A stretch of 53,245 nt of DNA from Basidioascus undulatus (lineage: Eukaryota): contig JTLS01000010.1 of the NCBI GenBank assembly GCA_000826855.1, positions 1-53,245 on the forward strand, in the 5' to 3' direction. The notes below the pieces were generated by a model. The model did no database searches, was not told the origin of the DNA, and saw nothing but the letters and a program-made list of their open reading frames with translations. Below, in pieces: positions 9,967 through 23,700 of this stretch; within the stretch, counting starts at the first letter, position 1, and each line of letters begins with the position of its first letter. The position numbers and the translations under genes are program-made.

Positions 9967-12900
9967 TCAAGAAATGATGCTTTCCACCAGCTCGGCGCCG
10001 AGCTTGGTGAGCTCAGCGAGACGCTCCGAACCGCCAGGCCGAGCAGCTCTCAGCGTGAAACCGCCGGCCTCCGGCAAGGCGCGCATCTCGAGCTCCTCGA
10101 GGAATACGGCTTGGTTCGGAGGGGCGTCGTCATTGAGAGAGGTAGAGGATGCCAGCGCCGCCGCGAAGACCGGCTCCGAGACGGCGCGGTTGAGAATGCT
10201 TTGTACCTGCAAGGTAGAACATCGTCTGTTAGCGGAAAGCGCGTTGCAAGAGAAGGGTAAGAAGAGGGCGTGCAGCTCCAAGAAGGGCAACGTTGGGAGA
10301 CGTTTGCACGATGTTGTGCAGGTGTGGGGCGAGAGAATCGAAGCTAAGAGAAGACAAGGGTCAGCTTGAATTGCGGCCCGCAGAATCTGCCAATAAGAAG
10401 ATGCGCAACGTACGCGAAAGCGACAGCATCCGGCACTCTAGCGGCAGATTCGGCCAAGAACCGGTAGAGAAGAAGTCGTTCCGCCTCGCTTTCGGCGCCG
10501 CCGACTATGGCAACGACGAAAGTGACGACGAGCAGCGCTGTCTTGTTGTCGCTGACGTCCAGACGGTCGTAAATGCCAAATCCGCCCTCGACGTCTTCGG
10601 GCGCGACAGTAACCCCCGCGGCATCGAAGAGGGCCACGATCTGCTCTGACGTATCCGCGACGGTGGGCAGAAGCGCGAGGAAGTAGCCGAGGACGCTCGA
10701 GTCGACGATGGGCGAGCGGCGGAGCTCGCCGCCGGGCGACTGCGACGCGATCGTGAGCTCGAGCAGGTACGAGAGGAGGCTACGGGTGGCTTCGCGCGTC
10801 GGAGGGTGGCGAATACCCTTGAATACGAGCGCGGCGAAGCCCAGGGAGAAGCTCTCCTCGAACCCGATGCCGGAGGTCTTGTCGAGCTTCTGGCACGCTT
10901 CTGCTTCAACACGCGAGTAAAGCAGCGTCGCCCCGAGCTCGCGACCCGTGAAGAGCCCTTGAGCGGCGAGGGAGCGGAGGAGGACATGCAGAAGCTCGAT
11001 AGCCGGGCCGAAGATGCTCTCGTGCCCTATCTGGATCATCGCGATCGCAAGCCAGACGAGGTGCTCGGCGTAGCGAGAATCTTCGGGAAGACCGAGCGCG
11101 ACCGACTGCAGGCAGTGCAGGATGCTGACCATCAAGCGCGTGTCGTTGTCGTGGACAGTCGAGAGCGCGGAACGCAGGGTAACGAGGATCTGGTAGGCGA
11201 GATCGTCGTCCTGAGGTACCGGCGTCAGCTCGAGCCTGTCCGGGCTATCATGCGACATGACGTACGACTTCTTCTCGAGCCAGCGCACCGAGAACGATAA
11301 ACGCTCGAGCTTGAATCGTCGGGTTGAACTGGAATGCGGTTGAGGCGACGAGACTCATCCACCGGGCGCCCCACGTGTTCGCCATGTCTGAAGAGGAAGG
11401 GAAGCGCTCAGGGAACAAATTTGACTTCACGAAATAATAGGCGCACATACCGGTACATTGCGCGCCAGCATCGAGCACATCAAGCAGGATCTTCGTGAGC
11501 GCAGCGAGTGAGTTTGCCGAGATCGCGTCCGCCTCCGCGGTGTCGCGGTTGCCCGGTGGCATGACGAGCTCGCCGCTAGGTGCTCGAGCGAGACCGAACA
11601 GCGCCAGAGACTCTGGTTGAGACAGACTCGACAGCAGCTGCCGCAGGCGCTTGCCTTTCGGGTCGGATCCCGGAAGGGATGAGCAGAGCGACTGGACGAC
11701 GTTGATGGCCAGTCCGTGGATCGACGTCCGCATGAGAAGAGCGTTACCGGTGCTAGCCAACTGTGTATCGCTTGGTATCAGCATCCGACGAGCAACCAAC
11801 AGCTTGAGGGGGACGGACCATGGTGATGATGTGAAGCAGGTCCGGGAAGAACAACTGAACCGGTAACCGCGCACTGAATGCGAGCATAGCATTCATGCGG
11901 GCGAGGACGCAGAGCTGAACGGTATTGATCAGTATCGATAAACAGCTCCAACACTACTCAGACTCCTACCTCGTTCCATACAGCATTGTCCGGGAGGGCG
12001 CGCGTGGGCTTGATGGACGTCCGCGCGATGACTTGCCGCAGCCGAGTGATGACCTGTTTTCGCAGTGCGGATAGTCAACACCTTGTTGAAACGCAGTATC
12101 AAGCTCGGGTTCATACCTTGCCGCGGATGTTGAGGTTGCCAGCCAAGGCGACCAAAGCGGAAGCGACGGACTCCATGCGGGACGACTCGAGACCGCCGTC
12201 GAGACCAGCGCGAACGAACTCGTCCACCGCGCACGATGCCAGCGCCGGCACGCCCGCAAGAACAGTCCACACTTTTCGTTGCATGGAGGGGTAGATCTGC
12301 GATGACATCGTCAGGCAAAGTCCGCAACAGGGCAGGGCCATCATCAGGCTTACCTCGACCTCCTTCGCGGTTGCGTCGATAAGCTGCCGCAGGATGCCGC
12401 GGACTTGCTCGACGGCTTTCGCGTGGTCGTCGCGCGGAGCCTGAATGAATGCGGCTAGGTTGGGGATCCACGGCGAGAGGTAGGCCAAGCACATGGACTT
12501 CTGTAGACTAGTCGAGCGCTCGAAGCCGACAAAGAACTCGCGCATGAAGTCGATCGTGAGCTCAGGCTTCGTAGACGCGATCTTCTCGCTCGTCGTCACG
12601 AGGAAGCCGAGCGTGTTGGAAGGTATGCAAAGATCTAAATGCTTCATCAGTTCCACTTCTTACGCAAGCATAGATATAAACTTACCGCGATCGCCGACGA
12701 GGTAAGCGCCGCAGTCGAGCTGGAACTTGCGCGTCACGGAGCAGAGGAGGTCGTACGCCGACGCGCGGAGGTCCGGATCCTCGCTGTGCATATTGAGGAA
12801 CGCCATGTTCAGGAGCGTGCCGGTGACCGAAGACGGTACGAGGACGGTGCTCTCGGGCGCTTGGCCAATCTTGGCTCGCGCCTTCGCCGAGCGAATGGTC

Positions 12901-15900
12901 TGCCAAGGGAAAGCGGATCAGGACATGCGCTTTACTCTGGCGGCGTCGAACATACCTGGACAAGGCTATCCCGCTGCGAGCTCATGAACGTCAACGTCGT
13001 CTTGCTACGGTCGAGCTTGACGACGAGCTCGGCGTCGCCCCGCAAGGTCGGGAACGCGTCGTCCAGTTCAGACAGCCGATAGACGTCGTTCAGCCGACAT
13101 CGAACTCCGGACACGAGGTCCTGCGTCTTATTCTGCGCGCAGGCTATTGTCAATGTGGGAAGCTCGTGCGAAGCTAGGAAGAAACGTACCCCGATGACCT
13201 GGAAGAAGGCGTCGCCAACCTTGAGCGTGACAGGCACCTCGCCATGGGCAAGCACGCGCGTGACGGGAGTGAACGAGACTGCTCGGTCGTTGGCGAGGTC
13301 GACTATGCAGATGCAGTTGGTCAGTATTAAACCCATAGAAGCGCTAGCTGAGTCAGGGCACACCGATGGACGGCGACAACTTCGAGTCAGCTCGGGAGAC
13401 GTGCGCTTCCAGATCTGACAAGGAAGAGATTGCGATGATCTGCTTGCTGTCGATGCCGTGATCTGTTCCACGGCGTTCAGATTTCGACTACAGATGCAAC
13501 ACGCCTTCGAGGCTAACGTACTCGCCGTGAGGTAGACCATCTTGCGCAAGTACTTGCGTAGGTACTCGTTCGGGTTCACGATGACGATCTTCTCGAGGTT
13601 GGCGGCGATCTCTTCCGGTAAAGCGAGGAGGAACTGCTGAATCGCGTGCGCTGGGATCTCGTTGCCTGAACGGAAAGCCGTGCAGTCGACGAGGACGTGG
13701 AAGAGCATGTTGCCGGCATTGCTCATCTCGAGGGTCTGCGAAGAGGACTCAGCCACACAATCGCCATGGGAGCGCACGAACAACGCACGGTAAGGATGCT
13801 GTACACCAGCGCGTCCAGATCCGTCGTCTCGGCGTTGATGCGAGATAGCAGAAGATGGAATAAGGGGCATCCCTCCTAAAGGCCGGCGGATCGGTGAGAT
13901 GAAAAAAAAAACAGTTCGCTTAAGCGGAATGCCATACCCTTGTCCGACCTTCTTGGTAGAAGACGTTCCGGTACGCGGCGATGTCGAGACTCCGGTGAGC
14001 GTTTCGGCGGGTTAACTCCTCATGTGCTCGGATCCTGTGCGTGTTTCGTAAGCCTCTGCTCGCCGCAGAATAGGAAAGCTTCTAGTTACTTCTCCATCTC
14101 CGACGGCGGCTGCACCTGCTTCGGCATGTCGGCAGGCGGACCCAGGTCCGCCAGCACTGTGCAGAGCTCGTCGTACGTCCGCTGGCCCCAGCCGCCCTGC
14201 TCCTCCGGCCATCGACTGTGCAGCTCCCGGCCGATCTCGCCCGCGTGTTGATAGAGGAAGCGATGCAGAATGAGCGCGTCGGATTCGTCGACAGGGCCTC
14301 GAGCTTCAGGATCGGGTCGTGATGAGGGGACAGCAGGGTGATACTACAATAAAAGGCCAGTGAGACCTGGACATTGACTCGCGACAATAATCAAACAAAA
14401 ACATACCGAGGAAAAGTCGCGGAGGAAGGCGGAGACCTCTGCGGATGGACGTCAGCGACTTTCACCGCGGGCAGAGCAGGGAACGTACGATAGATGTTGG
14501 CGGAGAGGAATTCGTTGAGGGGCGTGAGATAGTCCTCCTTAGCACCGAAGAGTACTGAACATCAAATTCAGCGTATGAGCTCCGCAAGCAACGCGCAAAA
14601 TGCTGACCGTTGTTCGCCAGATTCTGTCGCGGGGAGAGCACACACGACGTCAGCTTCTCTCAATCGAGCGTTTCAGGGGGGAAAACGCACTTGAGTGATC
14701 TTAGTTATCAACAGCAATGTCCGGCGAATGTCGCGGCCGCCTACAGGCAGCTCGAGATCCACGGTTTCGGGAGAGACGATGGCGGGACCTGGGAGAGGAA
14801 CCTCAGCGAGGACGGCCACATGGGAAGGGCGTCCGAACATACAGATGAATCGGAGGAAGACGAAACCACCTGCGTACGGCCGATAAGTATCAGCCAAGCC
14901 AGGAGGTGCTTAATCAATTCTGTACGGACCAACAGCAGTGTATCGGGCGTCTGGGAATCGCGCCACGACGACGCTCTGCATGTGGGTGCAGATTTCGCGG
15001 AAGGATCTGTGACGTAGCAATAGTTAGACTACAGTCGTTCGAGACAAGCGGCGTCACGTACGGTGGGACGGCAGGGAGACTGTCGCAGAGGACGTCCTGA
15101 AAGAGGCAAAATTGAGTGAGCAGATGTCGTCGCGTTTAGGACCTGTTTTCTAAATCCATACCAGGAAAGACTGCGTGATGAATTGGAGATTGCTAAGAAT
15201 GGATTACTGGTCAGAAAGCGACCTCTCAAAAGAAGCAAAAGAGGTTGCGCTTACGCGATGTTGCGCGGCAGATCCTCCGGCTTGACCTTGGAAGGGTCCA
15301 GCTCGACCGAGAACTCGGCTGGCTTTTGGCACAGCTGGATGAGGAGCGGGTTGAGCGTCGCGCGAACATACCTGTAGCCGCGAGAGCGGGTGAAGGCCGT
15401 CAATAGCCTGGTGGCCATGCTGTTCCGGCGGAAGAGCGCCGTTTCGTTCTCTTGAGAAAAGAAACGGGATTTAGCGCTACAACGCGGAGTCGCAGTATTT
15501 CAGAAAAATCACGCACCTGTGTTGGCGACCTCTTCTTCGATCACGGCCTTGAGGAGGTCCATGGTCTGGCCGGACGCGTCGAAGAGGCTCAGGAGGACGT
15601 TGGCCGTCTCCTCGATCTCGGACACTGGACAAATCTGGCAGATGGAGAGAGCGAGGCGGAGATCGGGCTGCCAGACGAGCTGTTCGGAAGCGGGTATATC
15701 AATATACGGTCAGTGCAGCAGAGCAAAATGCGCGCGTCACGCACATCCACCAGCCGATTGGCGCGCGGCTTCGGGACCTGGAGATCGAGCGACTGGAACG
15801 AAGCGCCCTGCCCCTGGTCCAGCACGATCTTGAGGATGCGCATGAACGCGGCGCGCATCGCCGGCGATTCGTCGTAGCCCATGGAGAGGTAATAGCGCAG

Positions 15901-18900
15901 GCCGACCTCCGCATTGGACTTGAGGAGATTCGCGAGTGCCGACGTGATGCTCCCCGTGAGGTGGGAGTCGTCCTGAACGCCCCGTGGATCCCATTGTGAG
16001 CAAGGCACTTTCGGCACCAGCTTAGACGCACGCACCTTCGTCATGTTAGTTTGGATTCCCAGAGACTGCTTGCGCCACGAGCCTTCGTCCTGAAAAAGGG
16101 TGTCAGGCCTGGCACTCAACCAGCGTTTAATTAAAGTAGACTCACGCTCGTCCCCGCGTTCTTGCTGAGCTGCTTGACGAGGAACTGGAAGAAGCGGTAG
16201 AAGCGGCGCTGGACCTCGGACGACTCGGCCGGACGACCTCCGTCGGGAGACTGTAGCGCTAGCCCGTCCAGGACAACGGACAGGGAGCGCGGGCAAGCCA
16301 CGTCAAGCTCATGCCGTAGACGCTCAGCCTCGCCGGTCGGGTCGCCGTAGCTGGTCTCGTACTGCCATACATGCAACTGCACTTAGCATCACAGGCCGCA
16401 AGCGGATGTTCAGGAATAACAGCAAGCTTACCAGACCTGCAGACGACAGCCAGTCCAGAAGGGGCTCCACCAACGCCGAACGCAGCTCGGTCTCGTTTCC
16501 GAGGTTGAGTGAGTAGCGGTTCGCGAGCAGCGCGTCGACGTAAGCGCAGAACTTGATCTTGACCTTCAAGCCCGAGATGCTGTTGCTGAGGCAGTGCGCG
16601 TAGAGCAGCAGCGTCTGCGTGAGCCTAGCGAGGTCGACCGAGATCTTGACGTCGGGGAGCTCCGTGACGCGGCCGAGCATCGGCGTGAGGATGTAGAGGA
16701 ACGCGTCGATGAGGTGCGTGAACGGCTCGTGGGGGCGCGCGATCCCGTTGCGGTCCTCGAAGTGCGCCGAGAGCGACTCGCACCGGCGGAGAAAGACGTC
16801 GAACAGGTGCGGGCTCAGCTCGTGCGCGAGCGTCTCCTTCGCATACTCGCGCATCTGCAGCGGCTCGCCCACGATCAGGTCACCATCCCCTCCATCCATG
16901 TGTCGACCGCGTCGACGATCCGCGGCGCGTCGCGCATCCGTCGCGGAAGGTACGCGGGCGGGACGACCGTCGTAATCGGCTTCGCGTTGGTCTCGTCCGT
17001 GACGCACGAACCGCCGAGCGCCGCTAAACAACCAGTGCAAGCCTGCCACGCGATCATCTCCTCCTTTGAAAAAATCTACAGTCAGTCTCGCGTTCGAATA
17101 TGAAGCGCCGCCAATTTCAATTTGCACGTACGTCGAAGAAGCCAGGCTTCGAACCCGACTGAGCCATGCGGGCGATGCGCTTGGCGATTGCGCTCTCCGT
17201 GCGTCCATCGAGCTCGGGCATCGCGTACTGCCCCTCCGCGTCGAGCGCGGACCGCTGCAGCACGTCCGTGAGGAAGCGCCAGCGGAGGAACCATTCCTGC
17301 CACGCAGCGAGATTCGCGACAGTCGGCTGCGTGAGCTGGCGCAGGACCTTGCGGATGCGCTTCTGGTACGCCATGCGGCCTGTTCAGGAATAACATTGAT
17401 CAGCGTCTGGATGAGGTACTCGCAGTACCTGGGATGCTCACCGATGATACGGAGGTCGACCTTCTCCAGCTCCTCGAATGTGCTGAGCTGCTCGAAGATG
17501 AGGTTGGCAGACGAGCTGAAGCGTTCCCGCATGGGCGCGAATAGCTGCAGAAACGCGCGACGGGTGGAAAGGGCAATGGAGGCGCTCTCCGAGTCGATCG
17601 ATGACAGGCTGACGAGTACCACCGTAGCGAGGAGGGTGAAGCCGGCCTCGCCCTGCGTCTCGCCAAGGGCAGAGGCGTCCTAAACATGGGGACAAGAATC
17701 AGCACGTGCTGAGTTGGAAGGGCCAGCCCACAGTCCACGCACCTCTCCGTGGCTCACGGAGTAAGCGTGCCCTTCCGCGACGAAGTCCCGCACGAACTCC
17801 AGCGCTTGGCGCGCGTTCTCGTCGTCCTTGAGCTCCTGCGTCTCGAGCAGCTGCCGAGAGAAAGCGAGCATGACGAGCGGACTGAGCGCAGGACACAACC
17901 GGACCAACATGAGATCAGCGCGGCACTCGCCACATTTCTGCACGCTTGAGACCGGACACGCACCCAACGCATGTCATGACCCGCAGGATCTGCTCGACCT
18001 CCGGACTGGGCGGCAGGTAGTGGTGCGCCTCGAACAGGCGGAGCAGCGTGATGGACGCCGAGATGCGGACGTAGCTCCCGCTGGGCTCGCGGAGGAGGGC
18101 GCAGAGCGTCTCGAAAACCTGGATGAGCGTGTCGGGCGAGAGCGCGCTCGTAGAAGGCAGGTCGAGCACCGCACCGGCCGTGCAGAACCGCTCGTCGATC
18201 CGCCACAGAGAGAGAATCGAGAGGAGAATCTCGTTCCGCAAATCTTCGTCGATCGTCTTGCGCGGGGCCGAGCGCGTCGAGGAGCGCCGCCCATCGTCCC
18301 GGTAGGTCACGTCCTGGAGATTGCAGGCGCCGTAAGTCAGCGATGTGGCTTACAGGTCGTGTCGTCGATTTGGCTTACCCTCAACACCCGGCGCAAGTAC
18401 GGGCCGAGCACGGCATGGGCCTGAGCGACCGGCGGATACCAAGGCATGCGGTCGGACTGCCGGAAAAGGGGGAATAAGCAACGCCCAGATGCCATGTGGA
18501 TAGGCAATGGAACTGACTTCTTGCGCGAGCACGATGAACGCTTTAGGGATGACGACTTTATGCCAGTCAGGGCTGTCGTCGCGCATGATCCAAACGAGCC
18601 CCTCGTGCAGCCTGCCGGGCGGGCTCATGCGGAAGAGCACGACCGCCATGTCCACCGCAGCAGCGACGTCCTCGGGCGTTCCAGTCGACGCAAATATGCC
18701 TTCGCCAGCCATGGCAAGGTCCTACGTAGCAACTTCGATGTCAGAACATCGGCGAGATTCGGGGATCACAGGCAGGGTGAACGAACCGTGAGCTCGTTGA
18801 TCAGCTCGGGGGCGAAGAAGCGGAGACCGGACGCCTCGGAGCGGCTGGATGGCGGGGTGAGCGCCGCGGCCCGGCAGAGGTCGACGTAGCACTTGCTCGC

Positions 18901-20761
18901 TGTCGCACCAAGCTTGGGCGAGCGGAGCGCTTTGCGGAGCTGCTCGAAGAAGGTGGCCTGACAAAAGGAACATCGACAAACCTGAGTCAGCACACGCGAA
19001 GAGGGTGACTGAAAGAATTGTGACGCACCTTCTTGTGCTGCGCCGAGCCCAATCTGCCGGAGTCCCCCGCAGCGACACGGCTCAACGCCTCGGGCGCCAG
19101 GACCAAGAGCATCGCCATCGTCGGCCAGAGCGCCTTCTTCTTCTTGTACCCGCTCTCGCCGCTGCGGCCCCGGAGGCCGCCGAGCGGGCGGTCGTCCTCG
19201 CGCGCGTCCGCGAGCGCGTACATCTGGTCGAAGAGCCCGTCGGGGCCTCCCTCGATGCGCGCATCGTGCTGAATGAGGTGCACGAACTCGTTCGGGAACA
19301 TCTCGATCCACGACCAGATGGCCTTGCGGAGAATGACTGAGAGTGTAGACTGCGCCTTGACGTGGAGGAAGTTCGACGCGATGTCGGAGATGAGCGGGCT
19401 GAGGCGCGCGCGGTCGAGGCACGCGCACTGGATGAGGCGCAGCTCGACCGTGTCCGGATAGGCCTCGTCCGTGACGTGGCAGAGGTACCCGAGGCGGTTC
19501 CGGATGCGGGCGAGGACGACGGGCCAGTTGGAGGCGCTGAGGAAGAAGACGACTTGGGAGGCGAGGGCGGAGATGGAGGAGAGAAGGAGCGCGGCGGAGT
19601 TGGAGAGGAGGGGCGAGGAGAGGACGAGGCCGAGTGCGGGGACGGCCGAGAGCGTCGTGCCGTTTGAGGGCGGGTGAAACGGGCTATCGCGTCCGTTGTG
19701 GTCGCTCGAGATCACGGAGCCCGTGCCGTCCTTGTTGCTGCCGGCGAGGGAGGTCGAACTCCGCGCCGCGAGATTCGCGCTTGTTGACGGAGAACCGCGG
19801 AGAGGGAACCCCGACTGTGGTCCCGGTCCGGCGAGAGTGGGCACGCTCGATGAATGGCTCAACCCGACGCCCGGCTTCCTGATCCCCGACCCTCGGTTCC
19901 CGGCCCCCACAGCCGCGCCGTTGCCCGTCGCGGTGAGGACCGCGGCCTCGGCGGTCTTGAGGTCCTCCTGCGTCTGCATCTGCCGCAGGAAGAGCGTCAT
20001 CACGCTGAGGAGGTACTTCGCGAGGGGATCCTCGAGCGCGGGGGGGTCGGGCCAGACACGGGGAAAGGCGTTCGCTTCGGGCTCGGGTTCGGGCGCGGCG
20101 CCATCGCGCGAGCAGCGCCAGTTGTGCGCGAGACAGTCGAGGAGGACTTTGAGGAGGAAGAGCTGGGATTGCAGGACATCGAGGGGAGGCAGGTCGTCGG
20201 AGGTAGAGGAGGACTGCGGGGTGATTGGGATAGGATTTAGAGGAAGCAGGCGGGAGGAGGGCTGCCTAGACGCAGCGCACCTTGGCGAGGGATTCGAGGG
20301 GGCCAGCGAGCGAGTGGACGACCAGGCTTATGCGATGCCGGGAGAGGTCGACGAGGAAGGCAACAGCCTGTTTGACATACTCGTCCGTGTCGAGCGAGGA
20401 CAGCCGGGCGCCAGAGTTGCATGGCAGCTGGAGAAGACGCCGTCAGTACCTTTCAACCCCCGCCTTCCCCTACGCCGGCTAGCCGTTCTCCCATTCCATC
20501 ACAGGGACAAAGACTCACCTTCGCGATGATTTTAGCCGCCAGGCTCTTCACAATAGCCTGCTCGCCCACCCCCGACGCGGACCCTGTCCCCGAGATAGCG
20601 CTGATGCCCGGCGGGTGGGCAGCAACGGGCGCAGGCCCAGCAGCGCCTGTCCCGCTGCTGAACGCGGACCCAGCGAGGGAGACGCGATCAGAGTCGCGCG
20701 GAGTCGTGCGCCGACTGTGGCTCGGCCCGCCTGACGAGCTCGACGCTCGGCGGCTCGTCAT
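9967..20761 (-). CDS. IRA2: Neurofibromin/Ira1-Ira2-like Ras GTPase-activating protein (multi-exon)
   Basis: Arginine finger ALFRRNSMATRLL (about 15410-15445). RasGAP signature GGFVFLRFICPAIVSPE across an intron (about 14765-14870). Sec14/PH-like region (LEKIVIVNPNEYLRKYL). NF1-like segments SASNWPVVLARIRNRL, DVPGTLLNMAFLN and STAFQFNPTIQARAFIVLG. The symbol marks the family; IRA1 versus IRA2 cannot be resolved here. Confidence 0.9.
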
Positions 20762-23700
20762 CTCGAGGCGGCGTCAGCGGCGGTCAGGCAGGAAGACGCG
20801 GCGGGAGATGGAGGCGTAGGCAAGACGAGAGCGGGGGTGTATGGCCGTAGAGATTCCAGGCTCGGATTATAGGTGTGCTGTTGTCGATCAGGGGGGGCGA
20901 TGAGCCGGGCAAGGAGGACTAGGAGGGACGCCGGCCAATACGACGCGAAGCACAGAGACAACGTCGGCGACGGCGAGCAGCAAGGGGCACGGACGGAGGC
21001 GCGTCTCAGCAACGAGCCGGGTGCAGAGAGTTGAGAAAGTTGAAACGCTTCCAATTAGCGCTGCAGCTATGTGCAGGCCACGTAGACCCGATAACACTCA
21101 ATCCTCACTATTTGGCTGGCTACTCAACGCTCCTGCGTATTTTCAGAAATGGGTAAGTAAGCTGCGAGCAGCGACACGTTTCCTGCTGTCATTGCGGAAG
21201 ATGAACTTCGCGGAGGGCGCCGCCGGGCCAGCCGCCGAACCGAATCAGAAGGAATCTTCAAGCCTCATACCAGGCTCCCGCTTATGCTTTGCGGCATAAT
21301 TTCACGTTAAATTAAGCAAATCCACTCGGCTGGAAGTCAGAGCGGACCTAGCAGATTCTCCGCTCAAACGGGCCTCGGACGTGTCCCAGTTTCAGTCGTT
21401 GAGGACTTTCAACATCTTCGCAAGAGGTGTGTCTGTCTGTGAGGGATGACTGTCCCTTGAAGCATACCGCCATGAGGGCCTGGTACATATCTGTCTTATC
21501 CCAGAGGTCAGAACCGAATACGAGGATCACGCTCAGCAGAAGCTCGGATCCACCGCCGTGGACCAGTCCAGCGACGGCATGCCACAGGCCGATGTTGAGA
21601 TATTGACGTAGCCCCCTCTGGGAGTGTACACCGATATTAAATACTTTGTTGCGCCGTGTGGTGTAGGATCCAGCAGTCGAGCTTTTAGCCAGAAACAAGC
21701 TCAGCTGCAAAGGACGTGCCAGCGTGCCTGATCTTAAGAGTCTGTCCATCACGCAGTGCATCCTCAATCTGATCAGGGGGACATGGGGCTGTAACATACT
21801 ATAGGAAAAGACTGTCCCTCATTGTGGGGTAAACGGCGGTCTGCCTCTGTCCAGGCAGCCCCGTCTGCACATTGTTGCATTTCATTTCTCATTTTCCTTT
21901 CGCTTTAGGCCTCCGCGCGCTCGGGTGGCTTCGGCCGGGATGCACCGGACGGGCCTAGCGAGCCTCGACTGGCTCGCGCGGCGGCCCCAGCCCCCGGCTC
22001 CATTCCTTGGCTCACGCTCGCCGTTGGGATGATCGTGCTCGCTGTTGCGGCTCTTAGGCTTGCTATGCGTGGGCTACTGGTGACTATGCATAAACCTGAC
22101 TGCTTCCAATGGAAATGGGATAGGATTTAAGGTCTCTGTTAATGTTTTTCGATCGCTTTTCATCCTGGCTCTGGCTCTCGGGGCTGTTGCAGCGGTGTCA
22201 ACTGTTCCCGCGGTGCAGGGTACCACTGGCCTGATGGAATTGACGGAGGTCTTCCACACAGACACTTTGTAATGTATATTATGAGATTCTTGGGGGTAGA
22301 TTGGGCAATTCATCCCGTCTTAAATCCGATTCACATCATTCAGTGGACAAAATCAAGCTCGTCAGCACCCCGCCTAGCGTACACTTGCAGGCAGTGACTG
22401 TTGTTGTTCATCAGTTTGGCTACTTGCTTTGGATATATTTGGTGTATTTCAACAGCTACAATTCAAGTTGGAGTGGATGCAGACATTGATGACGTTGTAG
22501 AAGCTTCAACCAGATAGCTCTAACGACTCTGGCACCGCCTGCAAGTTCTGTTTTCTATGCCTGCACTCTCCCCTATGGACACAGGACTCATGGCTGAGAT
22601 GTTTGAATAGAATACTCTGGAAAATGTAGCTTTAAGTCACAGACACCATATGTTTCATAGTCAATCTGCGGCTTCTTACAGACAGCATTTCTGCCTGGAA
22701 CTATGCGTCGTGGGGTTTTTAAACGAATTTGAGACAAGACACTTGTACCAAAATTTAAGCATTATTTAATCAATTCCTGATACGCACGAACGTTTTTATG
22801 CTCTGGGTGTAGGTGCACGACCAGTGCGGCGGTTTGCAGAAGTTCCTTTTCAAGGCCATCGGTGCATGTGTGTGTTCCAGGGATCCCTGAATGGTCTATC
22901 TGCCATTAAAACTGAAATAAAAGAATAAATAATAACAAATAATTTATGCTAGCCTCCCTCCTACCACTCAGGGCACAAGCATGCTGTGATCCGCTCGTTA
23001 CTGTCCGGATCAACTGTGTTGACCGCCGGTGAGCAAAGGCTCCTGGCACACATAACCTCCAATGTTCTTCTTCCTCAATCATTCTGTTGATATTGTGTAT
23101 TTTATGCTCTATGATTTATGACTATGTCGCTCAGATGAAGGTTCCTGCATGAACCTGCCGGCCTGCCGCATGGACAGTGTGCAATGCCCACCGGTCATCA
23201 TTCAAATCCCAAGCATTATGCCACAAGGGTATGCCATCCGCTCAAGATTGAATGCCGTACCTCATTCCTTGCAGTGCTCGCTGAACAGGAAGCCCTTTCA
23301 TCGTCGAACACTGGCGAAACATACTAAAAGACTGATAAAAACTTGGGACAAACAGAAACAAGAGGAGGGAAGGGGAAAGCTGGGAAGGCACGCAGAAGGG
23401 GCGGCGGTGAGGAAAGTGCAAGAGGGACTAGGCACGCAGGGGAAAAAGCGGTGGGGTGACTAGGGTAAAGAAACAAAATTGTTTGAGATGTAATGTGTGG
23501 AGAGCAGTAGCGGAGGAGGAGCGGTGGGTACGGGAGGAGGGAAGAAGCGCAGAAGTGCAGAAGCGCGGGAGCCAGGAGCGCGAGGGCCCAAGAGTACAGG
23601 AGGGAGGAGCCCAGAAGCGGCCCAGCTGGAACAGAGCAGAGTTGGATGAGTGTAGGGAGCAGCCAATGCGCCGATTAGGGGGGAAAGGGTGTCGTGGGGA

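Noticed and set aside
9959..20819. Many long + strand ORFs opposite the RasGAP gene (similarly opposite VPS41 and PUF3)
   Set aside because: They are antisense shadows caused by GC-rich codon usage and contain no recognisable motifs.
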